Positions 34,344 to 52,594 of a DNA stretch of 64,000 nucleotides are shown here, one piece after another. A program made the position numbers and the translations under genes. The stretch lies in the NCBI RefSeq assembly GCF_009914755.1, contig NC_060939.1; one strand, 5' to 3'. The DNA is from the human T2T-CHM13v2.0 reference genome, Homo sapiens. Under the pieces are notes generated by a model. That model did no database searches. It saw only the letters and a program-made list of their open reading frames with translations, and was not told where the DNA came from. Position 1 is the first letter of the stretch. Every line of letters starts with the position of its first letter.

Positions 34344-35274
34344 CCTTCATTTATTTTATTGCTCAAATTGTTTTACTGTTGGTCATTCAAAGGTCTTTTA
34401 GTTGATCCTCTATCATTTTGAAATACTCTGGTAATTACAGTTTTATGTTGTGTGATTGGTTATTTGGTTTTATTGTTGATTAGCATATTCTTTTCTGGCA
34501 CTGCATGGTGTTCCAGGCTCCTTGTGTTTTGATTCCTTCCCGAAGCCTAGTATCCATCATGTCTTCAGGAAGCCCTAGTTCCTTTTATTGGAAAATAGAA
34601 TTTGAAACAAAGATCTGGGCACCAGGTCCACTCATTGCTACTGGGGCATCTGTTGATTCAAAGCCTTGCCAGCTGACCGAGAAAATAAATATATCTCTAT
34701 ATACTGACACATAAATATACACATATTTCTAAATATAGCAATATATGTCCATATGCATCTATATTAAATTAAACATGAATTCCTACTAATGCTCCATTAC
34801 CACATAATCTAAATTATTAGCAGATGAATCAGTTTACCTATTCCCACTTATTTGTATGTAGCCTACCATTCTAACAGTGAGACAATTGGCTCTGTAAACA
34901 GTTTTACATTCTGAAAAGACATGCACAGTGTTTCCAGAATTGGTAATCCATATGCCCATGAGAAATGACTTTCACCAACTTTGGTTTTTAGACTTAGACT
35001 CTCCCCTCATTTTTAAAGTTACTCAGGTCATTCCCCCTTCCTCCTCCCATTCCCTTCAGTGAAATAACTCATACATTTGTAATACTGTTACATTATTTTG
35101 TGTATTTCTTTTTGGGTTCCCCCAACCTACTAAATAATGCTTTAAATTTGCATGCTTTTAGATTATTTCTTTTTGTTGTAAAATTCTATAGGATTTCAAA
35201 AACACTGTTATGTATCCATCACTGTAACGTCACACAGAATAATTACACTGCCCCATAGAAAACCCCTGTAATTT

Positions 35275-35656
<382 letters not shown>

Positions 35657-36422
35657 TTACTACCTTTGTACATTTGTCTTTTCCAGAGTGTTCTGTAAAT
35701 GGAATTATACAGTATTTTGCCTTTTCCACTTGCTTTTTTCACTTAACAATACACATTTTAGATTGGTGAAATGTAACTCCATCATTGTTTAAATATTCAT
35801 TACCCTAATAACAAAGGAGTTGAGCAAACCTTCATGTCTTTCTTGGTTATAATTATAGCATTTTTGGAGAAATGTACATTTAAGTAATTGGCCATTTTAC
35901 TTAGATATTTGCCTTTTTATTATTGAGTTAAAACATGTTTTATATATACTGAATATTAGATCCTTATGTGGCTAGCAAAAATTTTCTCCCTTCTTTGGTT
36001 TTTCTTTTTACTTTTTGATGATGCACTTTGAATCACAGAAGATTTTAATTCTGATGAAGACCAATATATCTCTTTTTTATTTTGTTACTTATGCATTATC
36101 TGTCACATCTTCGAAAACATTGTTTAATAATCTAATGTCATTGAAACGTATTTCTATGTTATCGTCTATGGTTTTGGCCTATCTAGCACTTATATTTAGA
36201 TATATGATTAATTCGAATCAGTCATGTATATGGTGTGAGAGAGGAGTTCAACTTGCATGTAGATATCCACTTGTCCCAGCAACATTTGTTAAAAAATATT
36301 TATTTATTTTTCTTATTGAATTGCTTGGCAAACTTGAAAATCAGTTGATCTTGCAGGTAAGTGTTAATTTTTGGACACTCAATTTTATTGTATTGATGTA
36401 TATATGTCTATCTTTATACTAG

Positions 36423-37057
<635 letters not shown>

Positions 37058-38932
37058 AGTACCACAAAACTTTATTACTATTGCCTTGTAGTCATTTTGT
37101 AATCAGGAAGTGTGCATTTACTATGCAGATTAATTTCTTTGTTCTGGATCTATTCCATTTACATACCAGTTTTATAATCAACATTCAAATTTAAGCAAAA
37201 TTTCATCTGGAATTTCGATGGGGACTGCATTAAATCTGTAGATCCATTTGGAAAATAGTGCTATCTTAGCAATATTAAGCCGTTCAATCAGTGAATAAAA
37301 AAGGCCTTTTCATTTATTTAGGATGTAATTGTTTTTGTTGAATAAGTTTTATAGTTTTCAATGTACATATCTAACAGTTGCTAGTGTGTATAAATGAAAT
37401 TTATTTCTCTATTTTGACCTTGTTTACTGCAACCTTGATGAACTCATTTTTTATTTCTAATTATATTTCATTAAAATTCCTAGAATTTTCCATTCTCAAG
37501 ACCATGTCATTTGCATCGTTGACTTTCTTTCCAAATCAGATTATTCGTATTTATTTTTCTAGCCTATTTGTCCTTACTATACCTTCCAGTAAAATGTTAA
37601 AAATAGAAGTGGCAAGAGTGGACAACTTTCAAGTAAATTATGATGTTATGTGAGTTATTCATGGTTGTCTTTAAGGTGAAGAAAGTTCCCTTCTATGCCT
37701 AACCTGCTACATGTTTTTATCATCAGTTGATTTGGCATTGAGCAAGTGTTTAGTCTTCATTTTTGAGATAATCATGTGGATTTTGTCCTTTATTTTACTA
37801 ATATAGTGCATGAATACTAATTTATTTTGTTGTTGAACCAAGTTTGCATTACTGATATATAAACATCCTTGGTCATACTGTATAATTCTTTTTACATGTT
37901 ACTGATTTGTTTTGCTCATATTTAACATCTATATTCATAATATCCATTTATAATGTTCTCTTGAAATATCTTTGTTACATTTCTGTTTGAGATCAGGGTA
38001 AACTGTCTCATAAAATGCATTGCGAAGTGCTGTCTTCTCCTCTTTATTTGTGTCATTTTTAATTTTTTTGAACTATTGGTAATAGTTTGGTATTAATTTT
38101 TTAAAAGGTTTAGACATATGCACCAGTGAATCCTAACAACAAACACATGAGCTTGGAAGGGGATCCTTTTCCAAGTGAGCCTTCAGTTGAGAGCCCAGCC
38201 CTGGCCATCATCTAATCTGGATTCCTGGCCCAGAGAAACTGTGAGTAATATGTGTGTGGTTTTGAGGCACTAATTATGTGGTAATTTGTTATGCAGAAAC
38301 TAATAAGTAGTACACCAGATAGTAAATGTAATGTGGCATCCTGGATTAGATCCTAGAACCAAAGAATGACATTACTGCAAAGCCTAGTAAAATATAGAAG
38401 CCTGTACTTCAGTTAAAATTTTAGTACCACGTACAACTTCTTTGTTTTCCTATATATACTATGGTTACATTAGATGTTATCATTCCAGATATCTGAAAGA
38501 TGTATAAAACTCTCTGTACTATCTATGAATATTTCTGTATATCTAAAATTGTTTCAAATAGTAAAATGTGTAGATATTATTTTGGCACAAAGAAAACAAA
38601 TCAGAAACAATAACCTCATGCACAGGAAATGAATGAATGTGTAGGGAGGGAAGAGCATCCCATCATTCTGAACACAGGTTGCTTCAGGAAGAGAACTTCG
38701 AGCTCCAGGGACTCTAGTCATCTTTCTTCATTGCCATCAGACTGCCTACTCCCCACTCACCAATTTGAGTGTCAGTAACCACATCTTCAAAGACAGGTGC
38801 TTGTGCCTCACATACATATTCCAGAAAGCCTACTTTCAGACTCTATTTTGAAGTGAATCTGCAGGATCCACTAAAAACTTATTGAAAGACATGACTGCAG
38901 GATATTAAAATCCAGTATTAAGAAATGTCAGT

Positions 38933-39261
<329 letters not shown>

Positions 39262-39599
39262 TTAGGAGAGTGTTTTTTCTATGTACAAGTATTTTTTGTT
39301 TACTTGCTCAAAAGACAGATATTCCTTCAAGTCTTTGAGAAAACTCTGTGAAAATTGTTATTTTCACTTTACAGACTGAATCATGAATTATTTGGAACCC
39401 TGTAGCCTATTGACATTGATATCATAGAATTGTATTGTCCCTTGCCAAACCCAAAAGCCACAAAGTAGATATCATGGTCGCAGGTGAGCTGGCTACAAAA
39501 AATAAGTTTATAAATATGCTACTTTAGGCCAGTCCCTGCTTACAAAGACCTACATATGAATCTCCGTACACAAAGTTTTTGGCAGGTGAAGTCAGATGT

Positions 39600-40062
39600 T
39601 GGTATGATCAGGCTTTGTGTCCCTACCCAAATCTCATCTTGAATTGCAATCCTCAGGTGTTTAGGGAGAGACCTGGTGGGAAATGATTGGATTATGTGGG
39701 TGATTCCCCCATGCTGTTCTCATGATAGTGAATTCTCGAGAGATTTGATGGTTTTATAACCAGCAGTTTTTCCTTCACTGACACACACTTGCTTGTGCAC
39801 TCTCTCTCTCTGTCTCTCTCGCTTTCTTGCTTGTGCACTCTCTCTCTTTCTCTCTCTCTTTCTCCTTCTCTCCCTCCCCCTCCCTGCCTCACTCGCCTGC
39901 CACCATGTAAGATGTACCTGCTTCCCCTTCCGCTTTGATTGTAAGTTTCTGGAGGCCTCCCCAGCTATGTGGAACTATGAGTCAGTTAAACCTCTTTTTT
40001 TTTAAAATAAATTACCCAGTCTCAGGTATGTCTTTATAGCAGTGTGAAAGGAGACTAATACA
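39600..40062 (+). mobile_element. THE1-type solo LTR with internal (CT)n
   Basis: tgtgtccctacccaaatctcatcttgaattg...gactaataca; 5-bp TSD gatgt. Confidence 0.9.
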
Positions 40063-40745
40063 GATGTGTTGTATGTAAGTGGAGAAAACGAGATAGAAAA
40101 AGCAAAAGAACAAGCCATATACAACATATGCTCAACCCTCCATGCCATGATCCAAGAGATGGAAACAGGCTGAATGAGGATTGTGCATATGTGCTGGCTA
40201 AAGAAAGAATCCCACTGCAGAGAGGACTGTCCACTGACCTGCCACCAACAGCTCCCAATTCACAGACCACAGCAATCTGATTGGCAGCACAAGGGTAATG
40301 TCCAGGAAACATACCTAAAAAGCCTACAAAGCCGTGTGAATGCGTACTGCACTCCATAGAGATCCATAAGATTAGCATAATTCCTTTTAAAGTCTATAAT
40401 CATGTGTTATATTCTCCACATCAAATCAGTAGCGTCAGTGAGAAAAGTAGTTCACAGCTTAGAGTCTGGAGTGAGAGATACAGCTGACCTGAACCACATT
40501 TCTCATGTCTGAGATCAAGATAATAAGAACTGTTATTTAGGCGCTGTTATTTGAGTATTTGTATTTGTGAAAATCCTTAACTTCTCCAATCTCATATACT
40601 TTACTCTTTGAGATATAAAAGGCCTCATTAATACTTCACATCTCAACACATGGAGGATTATTTATTTTAAGTGGATATATATTAATACTTTAATGACTTG
40701 TGAAATCTCCTTTTACTCTTCGCTTCAATGCATATTTTAAAATCT

Positions 40746-41078
<333 letters not shown>

Positions 41079-41924
41079 CTACCTTACTGAAGTATGGATC
41101 AACAACAAAAAGACCAGAGTGGAAGGCCATAAATGAGACACAAGAGATCTGGACAAGGAGTGGTCCCTCAAACTGGAAAATCAAAATCAATCAGGTGTGA
41201 GAGCTCAGACTTAACAGGAAAAAGCAAACAGATGCAAAAGTGTACTGAAATGAAGTTACATGATACAGTGTGGTGCACCAAGTCCCCAAACAAAACTTCC
41301 GACAGCATGGAAGATATGATTTGCCACAGTATACTAAACCACCAGATTTCACACAGATGGGCCTGGCCACAGCAGTTTTCAAAAGACGTCATTGCACACA
41401 GGCCAAACTCTTACACCACATCGTGAGGCAAATGCCCAACACTCTGCACACCCTACCCTGATTAGAAGTTAGAGTTCAATGAATGAATGGCTCCTATCTT
41501 TGAGATCATAACTTGATGTTCACTTAATTCAGTCTTCCTGGAGCCTAAAACTCTGGGTAAAATTTTAGTCATAATTCTGAATCATGAACTATATGAGTTT
41601 CTTCTTTACTCGATACATTCACGAGGAAATGGGAAAACCAATTCCAATATCCAAGTACCTCAAAGTAGAGTTGAACAAAGTAGCCAGGGGACATATCAAA
41701 GGGTTTAACAAGGACCACGAAGCATCCACATCTGCAGTGGGTCATCATGAGGTGACTTGCAGGTTCATCAGCCTCATGATTAAAAACATAAATGGAAATG
41801 AGGATATAGAGACACACACAAATATTATAGGTTGGAGAATTGAGTTTAGAATGAAGCTTACAAAGACTGTTACTCGTATTCCTAAAATAAAGGCAGGAAT
41901 TATCAATTTAAAGCTTTTTCTAAG

Positions 41925-42157
41925 TATTTTTTCTTTTCTTCAACTTTTATTTTAGTTTCAGGAATACACGTGTAGGTTTGTTACCTGAATAAATTGCATG
42001 TCACTAGGGTCTAGTGTACAAATGATTTCATCACTAAAGTAGTCAGCGTAATACTCGATAGGTAGTTTAGTTTTTTGACCATCACCCTCCTCCCACCCTT
42101 GCTGTCAGGTAGGCCCTGGTGTCTATTGTTCCCATCTTTGTGCCATGTGTACTCAAT
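41925..42157 (-). mobile_element. Old L1PA (PA15/16-like) 3' end
   Basis: caacttttattttagtttcagg...gtctattgttcccatctttgtg; TSD taagt(a/c)ttt. Confidence 0.8.
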
Positions 42158-42239
42158 AAGTCTTTAAAAAGCTAACACTTCAAGGAAAGCTTCTAGTAGC
42201 TCTTTACAATTGTGTCTTCCTCCTTAATTGATTTTTTGA

Positions 42240-42554
<315 letters not shown>

Positions 42555-42649
42555 GAATGGTAGTTTTTAAAAAGTTCTTTGCACTTAAAACAGACAGGAA
42601 CACAACCATGATGATTTAACACTGAGAAGCGGGCAGTCTCAGGGAAAAC

Positions 42650-43110
42650 TAATGTATTTCATTCACGCTGTGGTGCACCCAGTCACATCTCTTCACAGAA
42701 AGGCATCTTGAATCTGATAGTGTTGAAACACTGTTGGCCGGAAGACAGTCATAATGAGATTGTCCTCATGGACACTGACATGAACTTGGTCTAAAAACTT
42801 CCCATTGATATCTTCAGGTAATATCATCATCAAAACTTGCAGAAGGGATGTCAGGAGGTTGGAAAGATAATCTCACAGAGAGTAGCATAGGAATCCCATC
42901 AGAAATGCAGCATCATCAGTGCTTTTGATTAGTACAGATGATATGGGGTTAGTTATTGGCAAGATGGGTTTAAAAGTGATTCAGATAAGTTTTGCCTCAG
43001 TGAGAGAAATTTTAGGAGAAAAACTTTAATGTATTTTGCCTATGTTTCATCTCACGAAATCAAGAATTACGTCAGACAAAGATCCACATGTATAGAAACT
43101 GAAAATAGTT
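42650..43110 (+). mobile_element. Tigger-like remnant
   Basis: Paralog of 7205-7810 (tgtcaggaggttggaaagataatctc identical). Confidence 0.6.
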
Positions 43111-43613
43111 GAACTCTTTTTGAAAAGCTCAGTTTATATATATGTGGGAGGATTAAGATCATTTGATAAAGATATACTAGATGTGAGCACCATCAGAGCA
43201 AGAAGAATGCTATTTTATGGGTACTTTTACCCATGTTTTATGGGTGCTTTTGTTCTAAATTGGTAGATGGACATTTGTTTTCTCAGGTATGACAGCAGTC
43301 AGTCTTTGAGCTCCAATAGTGTACACAGATAATTTCGGTGACCGATTTTGGTAAAAAGAAGAAAAAGTACCCATCTATTTTATTACAGTGTGTCATCATT
43401 TGACTTAATTTCACTGACTATAAAGAACAGCCTGATATTTCATGCAAACCAGATAGAAAGTGGTGTTTATGTAGTGAAGAAGAAAGGAAAACTATTTCTC
43501 AAATTTAAAAACAATGAGAATTTCTAGGGAAACAAATAGAAAAAGTTTCATTGGTTTCTTCTTCTTTTGGTGATAATTTTGTTCTGCTCTTTTAAATAGA
43601 AAGCTTTACTGTC

Positions 43614-43905
43614 TTTTTTTTTTTTTTTTTTTTTTGATACAAGGTCTCATTCTGTCACCCAGGGTGAGTTCAGTAGCATGATCATAGCTCACTGCAGCCT
43701 CGACCTCCCAGTATTCAAGCAGTCCTGCTGCATCAGGATCCTGAGCATCTGGACTACAGATGCATACCATGACGCCTAACTAATTTTAGATGTTTTGTAG
43801 AAATGGGGTCTTACCTTGTTTCCCACACTGGTCTTGAACCCCTGGATGCAAATGGTACACCCCCAAAAGTCCTGAGATTACAGACGAGAGCCACCACAAC
43901 TTGCC
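43614..43905 (-). mobile_element. AluJ
   Basis: Diverged dimer. Confidence 0.85.
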
Positions 43906-43982
43906 TCTACTTTAGTTATTTCATAATGTAATGAGTTTATCAGCCACAACTAACAGGATAACATAGAAAAGGCAGGTTAGTG

Positions 43983-44296
<314 letters not shown>

Positions 44297-45058
44297 GAGG
44301 CAGGTTAGTGTTCACATGGGGTGGTTCATGTACTTAAATACATCGTTTACGTCATTTCTAAGGCCATCCCTTCATCCTCAAGCTTGGTGCAAGATCACAG
44401 CCATGAACAACCTGTTGTTTTCCGTTCAGGAATAAGATGAAAAGGTGAAGGCCAAGTTCATTCAAATTACTTGGTTGTGCCTTTGCCTTTTATTTATTTG
44501 CTACTCCTGTAGTTCTGTTCACCATGTTTTAGTGTAGTAATGATGACACCACAGCCCTGTCAGTATGGATGTTGGCATCTATGCTGTCTCACATCTTTAC
44601 CATTAGATGTGGAAAATGGCTTGACAAAATTCAGCCACTGTGTTCTCCAGACTCTATGTTCCCTCTTGTCAACTCAGTGTGCCTTCCACAGTTTATGCTA
44701 CAGCACAGCCTGGGAACTCCTAAAGCAGTATCCTTACTCAATAGTAGGTCTCAGACCATTTTTCAAATTTCTCACTTATCGCCATTCTTCACTGATGGAT
44801 GTGTAGTGTCTGGAATCCATTTTCACATGTAATTCATCCAGTTTTTTGGTTTGTTTGTTTTTACATGTGGCAAGCCATGTCTAATCTCTATCAGTTGTTC
44901 CACATCTTGTTTCATTTTTTCTGGAATTACTCATACATGATTCTTCCCCAGTTAAGTGGTTCTACTTGGCCATGTGAAGGTGAGTGAGGACAAATGTGAG
45001 TCCAGCACAGTGAGGAAGGCAGACAGGAACTGGCATTTGTGACATTAAAGAAAAGTTA

Positions 45059-45382
<324 letters not shown>

Positions 45383-46645
45383 GGTGAGATGTAGTCGCCA
45401 ATAAAGATTTGGAAATATTTATCAAAGGAGCCATATTAACAGAGCTAATAGAGGTGAACAATATTTTTCTCAGTCTCAGAGGGCAGAACTGTGGTTAGGA
45501 CAGAAGAGGAGCAAGTAGATGAGGTAGAAGCAGGCAGGTCAGTGAGAGGAGCTCTGCAGTGTATTGAGGTTGGGGAGGCTGGAGAAGAGGCTAAGGGGGA
45601 ATTAGGATTCAGATTCTGTCCTGAGAACAGAAGGGACAACAACAACAACAACAAAAACCAGCTTTATCTTCAAGTTCAAATCATTTTCAGATAGAAAGAC
45701 TTGAAATTTATTGGGAAGAAGACAAGAATATAGGTGAGGAGTTAGATTTGTAAATTTATTTGTAGAATTCAATATAAAGCAGAATCTGTGTGTTGCTCTA
45801 TTAACATGTGTGGGGCTCATAGGGGAACAACATAGACAAAGTTTCCCTCTTCTGTGATATTTCAGTTCAGTGGGCACTGAGAAAACTTAACAGAAACTAA
45901 ACTGTAGGTGGAGGAACTGCCCTTGGGAGCCCAGAGGACAAGTTTCAGGCCTGGGATGGGATGGGCAAGGGAGGCCTCCAGGAGGAGGAGCGTTGGAGGA
46001 GATTCTGGAGAGTAAGGAGTAGTGAGTTCAGCAAACAGGGGAGGGAAAGGGAAGAGGAAACTGTGTCTGTGGCACAGGCTAGCCCATGAGAAGAGGACAG
46101 TGGATTGAAAGGACAGCTGAGATGAGAAATACGTGAGGAGGCAGGAGCTGGAAGGGCAGACCGTGGAGGCACTGGGTAATGATCCAGGAGAGATGTTTCT
46201 CCTTGGACATACACATGTTCACACACCTGTGACTGCATGTCCTGGTGATGTTTCTGTGTCTCTCAGATTGTAACATGTTACATAAATTTATTCTTTCATC
46301 ACATGTCCCCTTTTAAATTATATTTGTACTAATTGTTAACTGTAGAAGTTTTTTACTGGTGGATTATTTGTACTTAAATGATTTGCTATCTTAGTAAATG
46401 AATGAAATTACCCACATATGTTTGACTTTGGAAACTAATATAGGTACACCTGCTTCCTTTGATTTTTGTAATCATGTTATATTTGTTGTACCCACTCACT
46501 TTTAGGTCATATAGGTCTTCATATTTAAAGTGAGTTTCATATAGACAACATATACTTGGGTCTTTTTGATTCACTCAGTCTTTTATCTACTGCATTTAGA
46601 ACATTGACATTCAAATCATTGATATAGCTGATTAAAAATCTATGA

Positions 46646-47053
<408 letters not shown>

Positions 47054-49806
47054 AGATGAACATTTTATATAAATTCATCTTCTCTCCTTTCTTAGCATTT
47101 CAGCCATACATTTTTAAAACTTTGTTTAGTGGTTAAACTAGGCAATAAAAACTTTTATTTTTCATATTCTTAATTGATCTAACAAATAACAGTCTGTTAA
47201 AAATAGTAGTAGTACCAATGTATTTAAATAAGTATGCTTAAGTATGTGTCATACATAAATTAATATATATATACACACACGTGTGTATTCTATGTAAGTG
47301 AAATGAATGACTGCAATGATACAAGGGATAAGAGAAAAGAATTAGGATTATTCTGGTATAATAAGGTGTTCACACTTTCTGTCAAGTGATAGGCTGTTAT
47401 TTGAAAGGGGGCTTGGATTATTTGGAAGTGTAAATTGCAAACTCTAGGGCAGGCTGTTGGTCCAGAGCCTCAGTTCCTTGCTGGCTGTTGACCAGAGGCT
47501 GCATTCAGTTCCTTCCCATGTTGGCTTCTGCCTTATGGCAGAATGAGCCATCAAAGCCATCAAGGCAGAGAGCTTGCTAGCAAGAAAAAAAAAATCACAC
47601 TTTTATGTAACATAATCACCCATATGATATCCCATCTCCTTGTATTATTCTATTGTATCAAAGCAAATCACATCTTATCTTGTGCCCAACCTCACAGGGA
47701 GATGATTACAATACAAGGTCGTGTAAACCAACAGGTGGTGATCATTGGGTACCGTCTTAGGGTACCTGCGATATCAGGTCCTTTCTGAGGTGCAGCAGTT
47801 TCCCAGTATTCAGTTATTTTTCAGAAAAGAACTGGTCAAATATTTTGTAGGACGCATCACAATGTGGATTCATCTGATGGTTTCTCGTTATTTGAATAGA
47901 ACTACAGATCAATTGGAACAGCTTTATTTATTTAAATTGGAAGACAATACAAACTGAACAATATATTATTTAGAAAAACAAACTTAGCCATAAAAATAAT
48001 ATAGAAAAAAGTGGGAATGATAAAAAGAAAATGGAAAATAATAGTAACCTTCATGGGGGTAAGAAAGACTGTGGAATTGGGGAGATGAACATTTAGGGCA
48101 TTAACAATATTGATAATATTCTGTTTATCAAGCTTGGCAGAGAGTATTTAGAAAGAGAGGAAAAAACTCTTCTGTTTTGCATTAGCTTTGGATTTACAGA
48201 ACAGTTGCATAGTCAATACAGAGAGTTAATATATAGCCAACACAGAGTTTCCATTATTATTAACCTCTTACATTAGTGGGGGGCATCTGTCACAATTAAC
48301 ACACTAACATGCATTCTCATTCACTGATATACACATATCCACATATTAACCAGATTTATTTTTTCCTTTTTTCACTTAATGCCCATTTTCTGTTCCAGGA
48401 ACTCTTCCAGGATAGCATATCACATTTTGATATCATGTCTCCTTAGTCTTTCTTTGTCTCTGTCAGTTTCTCTGAATTTCCTTGTTTTTGATGACATTGA
48501 CATCCTCCATTTGGGATTTCCGTGATTTTTTTTTTCGCTTACAGTCAGACAGGAGTTCTGGGTTTTGGACAGTAAGACCATAGGGGTAAGTGTGATACTC
48601 ACGACATTATATCAGAATGCTGTATCAACTATTGATACTAATTTGATCACCTACATTAGGGAGTTTAGGTCAGTTTCTCAACTCTAAAATTAATCTTTCT
48701 TCCCCTTTTCCATGCCATACTTTTTGGAAAACTGTTACTATGCATAGCACATACTTCACAAGTGGAGAATTATGCTCTACCTCCTTGGGGATAGGACATC
48801 TACAAATATAATTTGTATTTCATTACTATAGGCAATTTACCTATTCTCCAGCATTTATTTTATATTAATTTAATTAGAACATATGGAATATTATGCAAAT
48901 AATAAATATTTATTTCCACTGTAATTGTACTAGTTTATTGTGTTACTCAAATTGCTCTAGTGTTGGTCATTAGAAGGTCTTTCAGTCAGCTGCTACTTTA
49001 CCACTTTGAAATACCCACATCATTGCTGTTTGATTTTGTTTGTGTAGTTGGGTGGTTGGTTGTGGTGTTTAACTTTTTCTTACTTTCTGGCACTACAAGG
49101 TGCTTAAACTTAATAGTGTTGATTCCCTGCCCAACCCTACCATTAAGCATTTCTCCAAAAATTCCTAGTTCCTTTTTTGGTGAGTGGCATTAGAAACAAA
49201 ACTCTGGGGAGTAGTGTTCTCATTTCTACTAGGGACTTACTAGTTCTATGCTTTGTCATCTGACAAAGTATGTGTGTGTGTAACTCATATTGACATATGT
49301 ATTTGTAGGTCTACATTTCTCCATATGTATCTATGTAAAGTTAAGCATGAATTCTTCCTGTTTCTAGCACCCATGATCTAATTCAGTACCACATGAATCA
49401 ATCTCCCCATTCCCACTACTTGTATGTTACCTCCCATGTTAACAGTGAGACGGTTGGGCTACTTTATGTAATTTCAGAGCCCAAAATACATGCAGAGTTT
49501 TTTTAGAATTGGTAATTCATACCCCGATGGGAAAGAATATTTCCAACTAAAGTAGAGTATTTATGTACAAATACTTTGACATTTAGCCTAAGAACTTCTA
49601 TTTTTCTAAATTTCTTAGCTTGGTCTCCTTTGCCCCCACTTCCTTCCATGAGGTTATTTCATTTATTTGTTACACATTTATATTATTTTGACTGCATTCC
49701 CCCATAGGATCTCCTAACCTATTAAATGACATTTAAAATTCACATTTATGTAGGTTTATACTTTTTGATGTAAAATTCTACGGGGTTTGTAAAATAGTAT
49801 AATTAA

Positions 49807-50256
<450 letters not shown>

Positions 50257-50282
50257 TAACTATAATTACACCTTGTCCACTA

Positions 50283-50670
<388 letters not shown>

Positions 50671-51319
50671 CTATCTCTTGATAATGTAGATTTGCATTTT
50701 AATAAATAAGTACTAAAGGTGTGGAAGATATTTTCATGTGCTTTTTGGACATTTGTGTAGCTTCTTTGGAGAAATATCTGTTCACACAATGTACTCATAT
50801 TTAGTTATGATCTTTTCTTTGTTTTGTTTTGTAACAATGTTTTCTATATTCTCGACAACAGACCCCTATCAGCTATATGACTTGCAAACATTTCTCCCAT
50901 GTTTGGGTTATCCTTATGGTGTACTTTGAATCACAAAAGTTTTAAAATCTAATGAAGTTCAATTTATCTATTTTTTTTTCTTTTGCGGCATGTATTTTGG
51001 TGTCAATCTATTGTTTCACCTAAGCCACAAAGATTTATTTCTATGTTCTATTCTATGGGATTTGTAGTTTCAGCTCATACATATGAGTCTATGATCTATT
51101 TTGAGTCAGTTAAGTATATTTTGTGAGGGAGGAGTCAACTTTCATGCCAATATCCACTTGTCCCAGTAATTTTACAGAAAATATTTTCCATACTAAATTA
51201 TCTTGGCAGCCTTGAAAAGTCATTTTTCGGTAACTGTAACGATTAATTTTGAATACTTTATTCTATTTACATGGTTTTTATTTACATACTTGTGTATTCT
51301 GTATACTTTCCTCTATTCT

Positions 51320-51820
51320 ACCGGAAGCTGGAAGCAGCCTGACAGGATGTGTGGTGCCCAAGTCTGCACAGTGAGGTGGGGAGTGAGGGCCGCAGGCAGA
51401 GGGCAAGGGACAGGGGACAGGGGGCAGGGGGCACAGGGCAGAGGGCAGCGGAGAGGCCCAGGCCTACAAGGAAAGCGAGGGCTGAGGAAGGACGGCGGGA
51501 GGACTGCAGAGGGAGGCAGGCAGAGTGAGGGCGGCAGGCAGACAGCAGGAGTGAGTGGGCGCCAAGAGCTGGGGGGGAGGCCCACAGGGAGAGAGAAGGC
51601 AGAGGGCAGAGGGCAAGGCTGACACTGGAATGTGGGGGCGGCGAGGCCCACAGGGGAACTGAGGGCGGCTCTCTGCAGGGTCAGAGGCATTGGGCTTTCA
51701 GGGTCGCTTTTCTGCGAACTTCCGCTTGTTCCCGAGGTGGTGCCTGCCTGTGTCGTCGTCCCTGTTTGTTCTCCTACAAACCTCAGGAGTTTTCCATGTT
51801 TCCCAGACCTTAAGGTACAT
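51320..51820 (+). promoter_or_regulatory. GC/CpG-rich promoter-like region, possible first exon of a non-coding transcript
   Basis: About 17 CpG in 500 bp; ETS-like ACCGGAAG (51320) and ACTTCCGC (51718); GC box GGGGCGG (~51635); donor-like AAG|GTACAT at 51814/51815. Confidence 0.5.
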
Positions 51821-51922
51821 TTAAACTGTGTGCTTTCTCTCACATGTGCCCTTTTATATTATGGACGTAGTAATAGTTATTTACCTAGGTTTTTTCTTTT
51901 TGAATTATTCGTAAAGAACTTA

Positions 51923-52229
<307 letters not shown>

Positions 52230-52240
52230 TTACCAAAGTG

Positions 52241-52242
52241 TT

Positions 52243-52283
<41 letters not shown>

Positions 52284-52594
52284 TTTATTTATTTTAAGAT
52301 GGAGTCTCGCTCAGTCGCCCAGGCTGGAGGTGCAGTGGCGCGATCTAGTCTGACTGCAAGCTCCGCCTCCTGGGTTCACTCCATTCTCCTGCCTCACTCT
52401 CCGGAGTAGCTGGGACTACAGGCGCCCACCACCACGCCCGGCTAATTTTTTTTTTTTTTTTTTTTTTGTATTTTTTAGTAGAGACGGGGTTTCACTGTAT
52501 TAGCCAGGATGATTTCGATCTCCTGACCTTGTGATCCGCCCGCCTCGGCCTCTCAGAGTGCTGGGATTACAGGCATGAGCCACTGCGCCCGGCC
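52241..52594 (-). mobile_element. AluY
   Basis: Full dimer with long T linker. Confidence 0.95.

Noticed and set aside
41584-41955. 123-aa ATG ORF in the non-repeat block of unit 3
   Set aside because: The paralogous regions (~5050-5400, ~24430-25500) have no equivalent ORF; no recognisable homology
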